Source: a virus
DNA: 64,000 nt
IMG/VR virus record: IMGVR_UViG_3300009068_000024
Span: 1 to 64,000 of that record
Strand: one strand, 5' to 3'
Numbering within the stretch: position 1 is the stretch's first letter; the number at the start of each line of letters is the position of its first letter. Below, one piece after another: positions 9,627 through 19,392 of the stretch. Under the pieces are notes generated by a model that was given only the letters and a program-made list of their open reading frames with translations, did not search any database and was not told the DNA's origin. The position numbers and the translations under genes are program-made.

Positions 9627-10698
9627 CTTTATCCTCGGTGATTGGTCCACCAACAACCCAGGCATTACAGGTTCTTGAGGCAGCACACTTAAAGTCAAAT
9701 GCTTCGCAGTAGCCTAGCTCTGCTTTGTCGATGGCGTCCCAAGCGTTTTGCTCGCTTGAATCTCCTGCTTCTAGACCGCTACTAATGCAGTCCAGCATCT
9801 CTGGAGTACGAATAAACATTACACAAGTTCCGCATGTGCTCTTTTTAGCTTCTTCAATGCGAACTTTCCAGCGATCAGCTTTGGACTGCCAAAACTCTTC
9901 GTTAGGTTCTTTAGGATTTAGTGGGCCGTACTCGGCATCATCGATAGCCTTCTGTCGGTTGTCTAGGTTAGTCTTAATATCCTGAGTAGCTACAGGGCAT
10001 GAGTTATCGTCTAGAGCTGCAACTAGAGAAGCAAGTAGTGGTTGAATAGTAGAAGCTTCGTGACTTCTTGGGTGCATCTTTGGAAGTAGATCATTGTCTT
10101 GAACGTACTTAGAATTATTAGGCTTACCTGATTTGACTAGCTTTAGAAAAGCATTTACACGAGCCATAGCCCATGAGTTTCGGTTCTGATCTGGTCTGTG
10201 GGAAGATGAAAAAGCTCCAGCTCCTCGTCTATAAACAGCTTTTAGCTTTGTAAGAGTGACTTTGCGACCGTTTGGAGCTTTAGCGTTGTGGTCAGCTACC
10301 TTCTTTTCAAGAGCTTTGGTGATCTCTTCTGTGAATGTTACGCCTTTTCCGGTGTCTGCTGATCCTTTATCGTTCTTGTCAGAACCTTTGATCTGATCCT
10401 TTTTTGGTGCAGGTTTAGAGCCAGCAGTAGCAGTTACAGCTCCGTCTGGTAGAACTGCGAAGCGACATAAACCGCCTTCTTCGGTTTCGTGAGAAATGAT
10501 CTCACAACCGTTTGGAGCTTGCCAGAATACGCAGTTGCCGCACTTTACTCCTATGGAAGCGTTCTCTGCATTCTTCTCGGCAGAGTCATAGCCAGCCCAA
10601 ACTCCGGTGTTATCGGCATTAAACTTGCCATGCTTATTAACGACGGTGCGCAAAGCGTCCGCTAGATCGCGTTCTTCGGGTACGAGATTTTCTTCCAT
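9613..10698 (-). CDS. Probable head-associated protein: conserved LKAVYRRG...WAMARVNAFL...DNDLLP domain flanked by two Cys-rich domains
   Basis: 361-aa ORF; domain shared with 55959..57116 and the N-terminus of the 57134 ORF; CGNC and CGTC Cys clusters. Confidence 0.6.
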   Translation of the reverse strand: MEENLVPEERDLADALRTVVNKHGKFNADNTGVWAGYDSAEKNAENASIGVKCGNCVFWQAPNGCEIISHETEEGGLCRFAVLPDGAVTATAGSKPAPKKDQIKGSDKNDKGSADTGKGVTFTEEITKALEKKVADHNAKAPNGRKVTLTKLKAVYRRGAGAFSSSHRPDQNRNSWAMARVNAFLKLVKSGKPNNSKYVQDNDLLPKMHPRSHEASTIQPLLASLVAALDDNSCPVATQDIKTNLDNRQKAIDDAEYGPLNPKEPNEEFWQSKADRWKVRIEEAKKSTCGTCVMFIRTPEMLDCISSGLEAGDSSEQNAWDAIDKAELGYCEAFDFKCAASRTCNAWVVGGPITEDKATPQ

Positions 10699-10832
10699 AA
10701 AGACATTGTAAACCCTGTAAACATAAGCGATTTAGCTGTATAAACTTAGGTTTAAGTTTACATGGGGGATCTGAAAAAGCCTCTGTACAAAAATGATACC
10801 TTATATTATATAACTCTTCTGGGGAGGGATAT

Positions 10833-10848
10833 TCGTACATTTGTTCGA
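10833..10848. promoter_or_regulatory. Near-consensus actinobacterial LexA (SOS) box
   Basis: TCGTAC-ATTT-GTTCGA (1 mismatch to TCGAAC-N4-GTTCGA), upstream of TTGACA...TATACT promoter in a divergent intergenic region. Confidence 0.6.
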
Positions 10849-10948
10849 AGTTTTCATTGGAAGTTGGACTTGACATGGGTTTTCTTTTGTGTGTATACTA
10901 ATAGTGGATTAGGTAAGCCCAGACTAGTTTTAATTCTGTTTTGTCGAA

Positions 10949-11368
10949 GTGGCAACCTTGCCGGATCAGATATCCGGACACGCCAGTAAGAATCCTCTGG
11001 CTTCTAAGCTTTGGAGAAAAATGATCGACGTCCCTAAGTCAGTCAAAATCGGAGTTCAGATCTTCGATGTGATTGAGCGTACCCAGAAGGAAGATGGGAT
11101 GTTGAATGATGGTAGCTATGGCTACACTTTAGATACGCACAATCTTATTGTCATAGATTCTGGTATGCATATAACTAAGAAAAAGGTCACCGTCTTGCAT
11201 GAAGTTCTTCACGCGGCTAGAATGGTTTTTGATAACTCTGTCAAACCTAAGAAGTCAGATGATTTTGAAGCTTGGGAGCACTACTTCATCGGTGTTTGGG
11301 AGAACTCATTGATCATGGTTATGCGAGACAACCCGGAGCTAATACAATGGCTTGTATCGGAAGAGTGA
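10949..11368 (+). CDS. Phage zinc metallopeptidase-like protein
   Basis: TVLHEVLHA (HEXXH) motif; true start may be 11021. Confidence 0.7.
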   Translation: MATLPDQISGHASKNPLASKLWRKMIDVPKSVKIGVQIFDVIERTQKEDGMLNDGSYGYTLDTHNLIVIDSGMHITKKKVTVLHEVLHAARMVFDNSVKPKKSDDFEAWEHYFIGVWENSLIMVMRDNPELIQWLVSEE

Positions 11369-11524
11369 TTAAAAAGCGTCGACGTCCAGAAGAAAAGAAG
11401 ACAAATATGACAAACAAAGAATACGAAAAGCTTATAAAAGAGATCAGATTTGATCGTCAAATGCAGAAAAAAAGACTGTATGAACAGGCTAAGAGAGCCA
11501 ATGCAAAAGAAAAGAAAAAAGATA

Positions 11525-12442
11525 ATGTTTGAGTATAACCTCCAGTTTACCGGTGGTACTGAGTATATGGCTCTGAATTTCCATGAGAGGGTGGCATTTA
11601 ACGTTCCCAAGCTAAAGGATCATGTGTGCATTATTATCCCCGGAAAAGTTTTGAGTTGGGATAAAGATTTCTATCTAGATAAGAAAATAATCATATGGGC
11701 TCATAATGCTATGTACACTACTAGCATAAAAAAGTGGGCTCTTGAGACTTTTAATAGCCCTGAAATATCTAAGAATATTGTGCGTATTATAGGTATTTCC
11801 GAATTCCATAAAAAAACTCTGATGCAAGACTTTAATAAGGTTCCGGAGGATAGGTTTGTGGTTATCCCTAATGCGTTTGATCCTATAGCTTTTAATCCGC
11901 AAAAATTCGTCGACGTCCAGAAGGTAAAAATAGTACACGCCTCTCATAGTTCTAGAGGTATGGGTCTCTTATTGAAATCTTTAAAGTATGTAGATGAAGA
12001 CTTTGAGTTGAACATCTTTAATGACTACTATCCAGAAGATCTAGAGCACATGTTTGATGATTATCCGGATGATCCTAGGGTCACTTTTTGGGGGAAAACT
12101 CCTAGGAAAACAGTCCATAAGATTATGAGTGAGTCCCATATCCATGCTTATCCATCTACAGTAGAAGAAGCTTTTTGTCTAGTTCAAGTAGAAGCTATGT
12201 CTGCAGGATTACTGTCTGTGTATTCTGGCTATGGTGCTTTATCTGAAGTCTCTTTAGGGTATGGTGTCGAGGTTCCTTATAATGTTTTAAGTGCTACTTC
12301 TTATGCTAAAGCTCTAACTGAGGCTATTCTTACAATTAAGAATGGTCAACATAGTTTTGGTGATCAGAGCACCACTGTCAATGAGAAATACTCCTGGGAT
12401 GTTTTTGTAGAGAATTGGAAAGATTTAGAGAAGAACCTCTAA
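11525..12442 (+). CDS. Glycosyltransferase, GT-B/GT4 (group 1)
   Basis: ISEFHK, VIPNA, SSRGM, HAYPS..EEAFCL..VEAMSAG (EX7E) motifs. Confidence 0.85.
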   Translation: MFEYNLQFTGGTEYMALNFHERVAFNVPKLKDHVCIIIPGKVLSWDKDFYLDKKIIIWAHNAMYTTSIKKWALETFNSPEISKNIVRIIGISEFHKKTLMQDFNKVPEDRFVVIPNAFDPIAFNPQKFVDVQKVKIVHASHSSRGMGLLLKSLKYVDEDFELNIFNDYYPEDLEHMFDDYPDDPRVTFWGKTPRKTVHKIMSESHIHAYPSTVEEAFCLVQVEAMSAGLLSVYSGYGALSEVSLGYGVEVPYNVLSATSYAKALTEAILTIKNGQHSFGDQSTTVNEKYSWDVFVENWKDLEKNL

Positions 12443-12642
12443 TGGATGATGAAGAAGCTAGAGTCATTTGGATGGCCGGAGAAGAAGTTGGTCGACGTGA
12501 GGAACGTGTCAGAATAATTGAACTACTTGACAGCCTTACATGTAATCATGCATACTGTAGGGAAGCAAAGATAATGCGAACCCATGCAAGTTGCAGGGCT
12601 GTTCGTGAGCATATTGAATTGATTGAGAAAGATGCCATATAA
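12442..12642 (+). CDS. Hypothetical protein (ERxRIIxLL family)
   Basis: Coupled to the GT stop; motif shared with 13020..13385. Confidence 0.55.
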   Translation: MDDEEARVIWMAGEEVGRREERVRIIELLDSLTCNHAYCREAKIMRTHASCRAVREHIELIEKDAI

Positions 12643-13027
12643 AGATAAAGACAAACAACGTAAGTATCAAACTGAGTGGCTTAAAGCTAATCGTGATGCT
12701 TTTATAGCTTCTCGTGGTGGTTGCTGTGAGAAGTGTGGATCCGTTAATGCTTTAGAAGTGGATCATATAGATAGAAGTTTAAAGACTATGAACCCAACTA
12801 GAATATGGTCACGTACAGCTGAAATACAAGAAAAAGAGTTGTCTAATTGCCAAGTGTTATGCTATGGTTGCCATAAGAAAAAAACTAGTGAAGAACGACG
12901 TATAGATAATGCTCATGGGATTTATGCAAAATATAAAGAGGGCTGTAGATGTACAGACTGTCGTGCTGCCAATGCTGAACGTTCAAGAATTGCTAGAGCT
13001 AGACGTAAAGGATCTACAAATGAATGA
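12632..13027 (+). CDS. HNH endonuclease
   Basis: CEKCG...LEVDHID...NCQVLC..CHKKKT, plus HG...Y..GCRC..CR C-terminus. Confidence 0.9.
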   Translation: MPYKDKDKQRKYQTEWLKANRDAFIASRGGCCEKCGSVNALEVDHIDRSLKTMNPTRIWSRTAEIQEKELSNCQVLCYGCHKKKTSEERRIDNAHGIYAKYKEGCRCTDCRAANAERSRIARARRKGSTNE

Positions 13028-13385
13028 AGAAAACGCTAGAGCAATAGCAGTTGGCTGGGAAGCTGGTGAAGCTGCAGAGCAAGAGCGTATTATTAACTTG
13101 CTAAAAGATCGTCACAAGGCTTACACTGCTAAGCATTACATTGATGGCATTGTGGAAATGGAAGAGCTTATTGCTCTGATCAAAGGAGAACGAATGAGTG
13201 ATCCGGGCAACAGTGCTGCTCGTAATACTATGAGCGAGTTTGAACGCCAGTGTTATGACTGGGGGTTTGAAGATGCTGAGGAACGCATTATCAAATTGCT
13301 AGAGAATCATCATAACTTTGACCAAATCTTTTTGGATGCAGTAGATCAAGTTATTGCTCTTATCAAAGGAGAAAAGAATGAATGA
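13020..13385 (+). CDS. Hypothetical protein with two ERIIxLL...IALIKGE modules
   Basis: Internal duplication visible in the protein. Confidence 0.55.
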   Translation: MNEENARAIAVGWEAGEAAEQERIINLLKDRHKAYTAKHYIDGIVEMEELIALIKGERMSDPGNSAARNTMSEFERQCYDWGFEDAEERIIKLLENHHNFDQIFLDAVDQVIALIKGEKNE

Positions 13386-13572
13386 AAAAATAACTAAAAA
13401 AGAAGTTATTGCATTTGTGTTAATTGTTGTTGCAATGCTTGGATCTTTGGTTTATGGATATTTCTTGATAAAAGAGAACCAAAAGCCAGCTCCTCTAAAT
13501 TGCTGGGAGCAGTATGAGGATCAAGGTGAGGATGTGGCAATACAAATGTGTGAGGTTCATCCTGTTGAGTAG
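13378..13572 (+). CDS. Small membrane protein
   Basis: AGGAG RBS; one TM helix. Confidence 0.55.
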   Translation: MNEKITKKEVIAFVLIVVAMLGSLVYGYFLIKENQKPAPLNCWEQYEDQGEDVAIQMCEVHPVE

Positions 13573-13707
13573 CGAGGCAAAGATGGTAATCACTACTTTC
13601 ATGGTGATTCTTGGTGTTATTGGTGTATTGTATGTTTTTCAGCATTACAAATGTGATGTTGTTGAGTATCAAAACTTGAGTGGCCCTCACTCGGAAAGAG
13701 TCTGCAC

Positions 13708-13911
13708 ATGGGAAAAATAAATAAAGATGCTTTGATTGCCTTGCTATTTTGGTTTGGGTATCACGAAACAGTCGCAAGTATTGTTTCCTATGGTACTGGT
13801 TTTAATTGGTGGATTATGCAACCGTTTGTTGTGTTTGTATCCTTACTTATGTTTGGTGTAACATATGGTAGCCAAACAAAAATGGATACGGAATGGCATG
13901 AAGACAATTAA
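13708..13911 (+). CDS. Small membrane protein
   Basis: Two hydrophobic segments. Confidence 0.5.
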   Translation: MGKINKDALIALLFWFGYHETVASIVSYGTGFNWWIMQPFVVFVSLLMFGVTYGSQTKMDTEWHEDN

Positions 13912-13923
13912 GGAAAATACTTA

Positions 13924-14622
13924 ATGGAGCATTACAACGTTTTGATTGCAACTCCTGGAAAGCAGATGCACGCTTCTTATGTTAAAAGCTTGATTAAAAC
14001 TATTACATGGTTAGAGTCTGTTGGATTTACATACAGGTTTTTAACAATGGGTGGATCTTTTATCCCTTTAACTAGAGAAATGACAGCTTTAGATCGAGGT
14101 CCTGATTTTGATAAAAACAATTCTTTAAAACTGGAATACGGAACTGTTGGATCTAAGCAATACACTTATGACAAGATCTTTTGGATTGACTCTGATATCG
14201 AGTGGGAAGTTAAAGATTTTAAAAAACTATATGAGTCGGATTTTGATGTAATCTCTGGAATCACTGCACTGACCAGTGAGGGCGTTGTTAATGCTTCAAA
14301 TTTCAATCAAGACTACTATTCTCGTGGGATTGAAAGACCTACTACAAATTTACATGAGTTTGCTTTTTTTGGTAAAGTAGATCCAATTGAAGTCTTTGGG
14401 GTTGGATTCGGATTTATCACTATGAAAAGTGGAGTTTTTGAGAGTATGGATCGTCCTTGGTTTAGGATTGAACATCTGAGCTGGGATAACTCTGAACTTG
14501 AAACTTATGTAGGAGAAGATTACTCTTGGTGTATGAATGCTAGAAGAAATGGGTATAAAATATACATAGACCCTACAGTAAAACTTAAGCACCACAAAGA
14601 GACCGTTTATATAGTAAACTAG
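13924..14622 (+). CDS. Glycosyltransferase-like protein (GT-A fold)
   Basis: IATP, FWIDSDI (DxD), GVGFGF, GEDYSWC, G.KIYIDP...H motifs. Confidence 0.8.
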   Translation: MEHYNVLIATPGKQMHASYVKSLIKTITWLESVGFTYRFLTMGGSFIPLTREMTALDRGPDFDKNNSLKLEYGTVGSKQYTYDKIFWIDSDIEWEVKDFKKLYESDFDVISGITALTSEGVVNASNFNQDYYSRGIERPTTNLHEFAFFGKVDPIEVFGVGFGFITMKSGVFESMDRPWFRIEHLSWDNSELETYVGEDYSWCMNARRNGYKIYIDPTVKLKHHKETVYIVN

Positions 14623-14639
14623 AAGAAAGTTGCAGCAAA

Positions 14640-14966
14640 ATGATTAAGGATATTAAAACTGATGAATATGATCAAGAAGTGGTTGATGGTGGCGGGTTGG
14701 TACTTGTCGATTTCTGGGCTACTTGGTGTGGTCCTTGTAGGATGGTTGCTCCAATCCTTAATGAGCTTGCTGAAGAGTATTCTGGCAAACTAAAGATTGT
14801 GAAGGTAAATGCAGATGAAGAGCCTGATTTATTGGGTAGGTTCAATATTAGCTCTATCCCTACTATATTGGTTTACAATAACGGGGAGATAGTCAAGACT
14901 ATTATTGGTGCTAGGCCTAAGCCTGGCATTTTAAAAGATTTGGCAGAATATCTGGGTACGGAATAA
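14640..14966 (+). CDS. trxA: Thioredoxin
   Basis: VDFWATWCGPC active site, SIPT. Confidence 0.97.
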   Translation: MIKDIKTDEYDQEVVDGGGLVLVDFWATWCGPCRMVAPILNELAEEYSGKLKIVKVNADEEPDLLGRFNISSIPTILVYNNGEIVKTIIGARPKPGILKDLAEYLGTE

Positions 14967-15067
14967 TATATTAAATCGACCATAGTGCCTGTCAAAATAG
15001 AGCCCCTCGGGAGTTATGACCCGGGGGGTTTTTTATAGGGTAAGTAAAGTATTGGTAAGATTACTAT

Positions 15068-15580
15068 ATGAAGACTGCAATTGACACGGATGATCTGCTG
15101 ATGTGGGTTGGTGATGGTCGGGTTGTTACCGCCGACGTCCGTAAGGAGGGTTCCGGTTACTCTTGTGAGTGGTGGGTATCAGGTAACTTTAAGGGAAGTT
15201 TACAGGTTATGGGAGTTATGAACTTTCCGATCTATGGAAATAATGAGATAGAAGCTCGTCAACGTGCAGGATTTCTACTGGAAGACGTTCTTTATATTGC
15301 AAAAACGTTTTATGGTGGGGGTGGTGTAGTAGGTAATATCATTCCGGACTCTAAAAAGAGAACTGCACTAGCTATGATGCATCTTGCTGGTCATTGGAAA
15401 GATATGAGCATTGGTCTAACTGTGTTGGAGCGAACCGCTGAGGAATATTTATTTCTAAAGCAGTTTGGGATCTCTAATGTGGCTCAAACAATTGCTAATA
15501 TTGAAGGGGTTTCTTCCGTTAGAACTATTCACGAAAGAATATTTTTAGCAAAACAAAAAAGATTAATCAAGGAGAGTTAA
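15068..15580 (+). CDS. Hypothetical protein
   Basis: 170-aa ORF following a terminator at ~15000-15035. Confidence 0.6.
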   Translation: MKTAIDTDDLLMWVGDGRVVTADVRKEGSGYSCEWWVSGNFKGSLQVMGVMNFPIYGNNEIEARQRAGFLLEDVLYIAKTFYGGGGVVGNIIPDSKKRTALAMMHLAGHWKDMSIGLTVLERTAEEYLFLKQFGISNVAQTIANIEGVSSVRTIHERIFLAKQKRLIKES

Positions 15581-16270
15581 GTGATCAGTATTTTAATGCC
15601 AACTAGGGAGAGACCTTTAAATATATACAGATTGTGGCAGTCTATTCTAGAAACTGCTGATGATGTTTCTAACATAGAAATGATTTTATACATTGATGAA
15701 GACGATCACAGCTACGACAACTTAGAAGTTCCTTTTACAAAAGTGTCTGGTGAGAGAATTATTTTAAGTGAGATGTGGAACAAGTGCTATGAAAAAGCTT
15801 CTGGAGATATTCTTATGCATTGTGGGGATGACATTATTTTTAGAACTAAAGGGTGGGACACTATAGTTTCTAATAAATTTAAAGAGTACCCTGACAATAT
15901 TGCTTTTGTATATGGGAATGATGGTAGCCATTTTAATGGGGTTTTTGGTACTCATGGTTTTATTCACAGGGATTGGGTTGAAGCTGTAGGATACTTTGTT
16001 CCTCCGTATTTTGTTAGTGACTACAACGACACTTGGCTAAATGACGTAGCTAAGATGATAGGTCGTCATATCCATGTCGACATTTTTACTGAGCATATGC
16101 ACTACCTGTTTGGAAAAGCTGTGATCGATAAGAACACGCTTGATAGATTGGATAGACATAATCAGAATGGTGGAGTCGCTTCTCTTTATAGTAGTTTGGA
16201 AATGCAAAAAAAGCGAATTAGTGACGCTGAAAAACTAAAAGAAAAAATGCTAAAGAATGTAGGAAACTAA
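15581..16270 (+). CDS. Glycosyltransferase family 2
   Basis: ISILMPTR.R, YIDEDD, CGDD (DxD-like), YND.W motifs. Confidence 0.85.
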   Translation: MISILMPTRERPLNIYRLWQSILETADDVSNIEMILYIDEDDHSYDNLEVPFTKVSGERIILSEMWNKCYEKASGDILMHCGDDIIFRTKGWDTIVSNKFKEYPDNIAFVYGNDGSHFNGVFGTHGFIHRDWVEAVGYFVPPYFVSDYNDTWLNDVAKMIGRHIHVDIFTEHMHYLFGKAVIDKNTLDRLDRHNQNGGVASLYSSLEMQKKRISDAEKLKEKMLKNVGN

Positions 16271-16271
16271 G

Positions 16272-17465
16272 TTGAAAATAGGTTTTGTTGGGTTAGGAAA
16301 GCTTGGGTTCCCTGTAGCTTTGGCTATTGAGTCTAAAGGACATGAGATTTTTGGGTATGATGTAAACCCGGACATTCAAAAGTATTTGGATACTAAATCC
16401 ATTCCTTTTGTTGAAAAAGGTATTGAACCTCTTTTAGATTCTACGAAGCTTAAGCTAAAAAGTCTTGAGTACATAGTAGCCAGATCAGACATTATCTTTG
16501 TTCCGATCCAAACTCCTCACGATCCTCAGTATGAGGGCTCTACCTCTCTTCCGAAGCTTAGAAAGGATTTTGACTATTCGTACCTCATAGATGGCATTGA
16601 AAGTATTGCTAGGATCGCTAAAGAGGGGAAGAAGAAGACAATTGTTGCAGTTATCTCGACTTGCCTACCTACAACATACGAAAAGAAGATAAAGCCTCTA
16701 TTGAATGAGTATATTGAGTATGTCTATACTCCTCAGTTTATTGCAATGGGCACTGCTATTGAAGACTATTTAGATCCAGAATTTGCTTTAATTGGGGTAG
16801 AAAGTGATCGTGCTAGCTCTAAACTTCAAGAGTTTTATGGGACTCTGTTTGACAAGCCTCATATTGTTACTGATATAACAACTGCAGAGGGTATCAAAGT
16901 TTCATACAACACCTGGATTACTGCAAAAACGGTTATTGCAAATACTTGGGGAGAGCTTGCTCATAAGACTGGTATGAATTTTGATGACATCTTTAAAGCA
17001 TGGTCTGTCTCAACTAAAAGACTTATTTCCCCTAAGTATATGAGAGCTGGCATGAGTGACGGTGGCGGTTGCCACCCTAGAGATAATATTGCTCTAAGCT
17101 GGTTAGCCGAAAGTGTTGGGCTAAGCCACAACATATTTGAAGATCTTATGAAGTCTAGAGAAGATTATGAGAAGTGGCATGGAGAGTTTGCTGCGTCTGT
17201 AGCTGAAGAGAATGGTTTAGATCTTTACATTCTAGGTAAGGCATTTAAACCTGAAACAAATATTGAAACTGGAAGTCCGGCTATTTTAGTATCTAATCTG
17301 ATCGACTACCCTCACAAGCATGTAACTGAAATTGAAGGTGTTGGAGTCTATTTTGTTGCCACTGCCCATGAAAGATATACTGATGGCTACCCTGAAGGGT
17401 CGATTGTAATAGATCCTTTTGGATATGTAACCTATACTAATGTAATTAAATTAGGTAGAAAATAG
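16272..17465 (+). CDS. UDP-glucose/GDP-mannose dehydrogenase family protein
   Basis: GLGKLG Rossmann, IQTP, AEGIK..YN, GGGCHPRD catalytic Cys, LGKAFKPET. Confidence 0.92.
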   Translation: MKIGFVGLGKLGFPVALAIESKGHEIFGYDVNPDIQKYLDTKSIPFVEKGIEPLLDSTKLKLKSLEYIVARSDIIFVPIQTPHDPQYEGSTSLPKLRKDFDYSYLIDGIESIARIAKEGKKKTIVAVISTCLPTTYEKKIKPLLNEYIEYVYTPQFIAMGTAIEDYLDPEFALIGVESDRASSKLQEFYGTLFDKPHIVTDITTAEGIKVSYNTWITAKTVIANTWGELAHKTGMNFDDIFKAWSVSTKRLISPKYMRAGMSDGGGCHPRDNIALSWLAESVGLSHNIFEDLMKSREDYEKWHGEFAASVAEENGLDLYILGKAFKPETNIETGSPAILVSNLIDYPHKHVTEIEGVGVYFVATAHERYTDGYPEGSIVIDPFGYVTYTNVIKLGRK

Positions 17466-17510
17466 TAAATATATCTTGACAAATGTGGTAAACGTCAGTA
17501 TGGTTTGAGT

Positions 17511-17993
17511 ATGCAAACATTTCTACCGTATAAGGACTTCAACAAGTCCGCAGAAGTACTAGACAATAAGCGATTGAACAAGCAGATTCTAGAGGGTTAT
17601 CAGATCCTAAAAGTTCTATCGAGTGACGACCCTAAAGCCGGATGGCGTAATCACCCTGCAGTAAAGATGTGGAGGGGCCACGAAAAAGGTCTGCTCTCTT
17701 ACATCATGGCTTGCGTTGAAGAAGCTGATAAACGTGGCATAAAGACAGAGAACAATGTTGCCAACATCAAAGCTTTGTTCCTTGCTAACGCTGCTTCTTG
17801 GGGTGATGGTTTACCTGATTGGTTCCATGACAGTGAGAAGAGTTTTAGAGTTATGGCTACACACAAGGCTAATCTTTATAAGAAAGATCCAGTTTATTAC
17901 TTCCAGTTCTTTGAATCATTGGAAGACCCAAACAACAAACCTTGCTGTGAGCGTTGCAACTATTACTGGGTGACGCACGCCAGTGGGGTTTAA
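17511..17993 (+). CDS. Pyrimidine-dimer DNA glycosylase/DenV-like (MSMEG_6728 family)
   Basis: MQTFLPY..F..SA..LD.KRL.KQ..E..QIL...GW.NHPAVKMW.G; TTGACA promoter, leaderless. Confidence 0.85.
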   Translation: MQTFLPYKDFNKSAEVLDNKRLNKQILEGYQILKVLSSDDPKAGWRNHPAVKMWRGHEKGLLSYIMACVEEADKRGIKTENNVANIKALFLANAASWGDGLPDWFHDSEKSFRVMATHKANLYKKDPVYYFQFFESLEDPNNKPCCERCNYYWVTHASGV

Positions 17994-18277
17994 GAAACAA
18001 CCTTGGAGCTATAGGATTATGCATAAAGTAAGGTCTAAGTTGCCTAAAAGATTTCAGTTCACCTTTACACTAGTAGGATTTACTATCTTGGCTATTGTTT
18101 TGTCGGGATTTTATTTGTTTTTTACTGGTGTTTGGAAGCTGCTATGGCCGATTCGTAAGTTGGTTAATAAATTAAAAAAGAAGTAAAAGAAAACCCCCAT
18201 CCTCGTCAGGTGGGGGCTTCTTTCTACCGGTCAGGTTTATTACGTGTTAATTACACCTTTATCTCCGGGCTAGCTTA

Positions 18278-18814
18278 TTACGCCTTCTTGGTAGGAACTA
18301 CCTTCTTGACTGCGCCAACAACTTTAGATGCAACGCTTGCCTTACCTTCTTCACCATCTAGGTTTGCAAGGATGTGCTTTAGTGGGTCAACAAGCTTTTC
18401 GTATGGGGCAAGGTGGATGTCAACACCTGAGAATGCAGGGCCCATCTTTCCAATAGACAAGTGGAGGTGAGCTCCGGTTGAGGCTGATCCGCTTGGTGTG
18501 TTCTTACCGCCACCAACTAGACCAATTACTGTTTCTCCACCAACAACCTTGTCGCCCTTCTTTAGAGTTGACTCTACTGCTAGGTGTGCGTAGAGAACCC
18601 AGTGGTTATCAAATGTTGAGTGGATAACAGTCCAACCTAGAACATCAGACCAGAAAGACTTCTGTACTGTTCCAGATGTGATTGCCTTGATTGCTGACTT
18701 CTCCTTAGGAGACCAGTCTTGTCCTCTGTGTGGACGTCCGTTACGGTATGGTGCTAGGTTGCCAAACTCGTCATTACGAGTCTTAGCTGGGAATGGTTCA
18801 AAGTACTTTGCCAT
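18278..18814 (-). CDS. M23 family peptidase (peptidoglycan hydrolase/endolysin)
   Basis: HRGQD, YAHL, STGAHLH motifs. Confidence 0.9.
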   Translation of the reverse strand: MAKYFEPFPAKTRNDEFGNLAPYRNGRPHRGQDWSPKEKSAIKAITSGTVQKSFWSDVLGWTVIHSTFDNHWVLYAHLAVESTLKKGDKVVGGETVIGLVGGGKNTPSGSASTGAHLHLSIGKMGPAFSGVDIHLAPYEKLVDPLKHILANLDGEEGKASVASKVVGAVKKVVPTKKA

Positions 18815-18891
18815 TATTTATTATCCTTCGTTGAATGTGTAGATCTTGTGATCTATTTAATTTTACTGTGAGTTGTGCTTAGTTATTTGGA

Positions 18892-19092
18892 TTACTCTTC
18901 GTCTTCGTCTTTTTCACGACGAATAGGGAAGGTTAGAACCCAGATGAGAAGCGTAATGCCAATCAACTTACCTACGATATCACGAGCTGAGCCCTCTAGG
19001 AGTACCCAACCCAGGGCTAGACCCAATAAAGTCCAGGCTTGGTCGAGTAGGTCTTTAAAGAGTTCGGCTATGAATTTTGTTATCTTTTTCAT
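18892..19092 (-). CDS. Small two-TM membrane protein (holin-like)
   Basis: Two TM helices, charged tail, next to the M23 gene. Confidence 0.6.
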   Translation of the reverse strand: MKKITKFIAELFKDLLDQAWTLLGLALGWVLLEGSARDIVGKLIGITLLIWVLTFPIRREKDEDEE

Positions 19093-19094
19093 TG

Positions 19095-19388
19095 TTATTT
19101 TTCTTTCTTGCTAGTTGAGGTGGTTTCGTCTATGTCTTTGATCTTGGTGGTCTGGCGGAAAGCAGCGTTGATTTCTTCTCGGCTGAGTTTTCCATCTTCT
19201 AGGAACGCTAAAGATAGAAGTTCAACAACCTTGGCAACTGCCATGATTCCTCCCATAATTGCGCTAAACCAGATTGGGATATCAACACCGCTTACTGAGC
19301 CAGCAACAGAACCTGCACCAATAACTCCTAGTGCTGAGGCTACAAATGTGGCTATAACTCTTAGAAATACATTTCCAAATAACTTCAT
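19095..19388 (-). CDS. Two-TM membrane protein (holin-like)
   Basis: Hydrophobic; paralog of 6948..7211. Confidence 0.6.
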   Translation of the reverse strand: MKLFGNVFLRVIATFVASALGVIGAGSVAGSVSGVDIPIWFSAIMGGIMAVAKVVELLSLAFLEDGKLSREEINAAFRQTTKIKDIDETTSTSKKEK

Positions 19389-19392
19389 ATCT

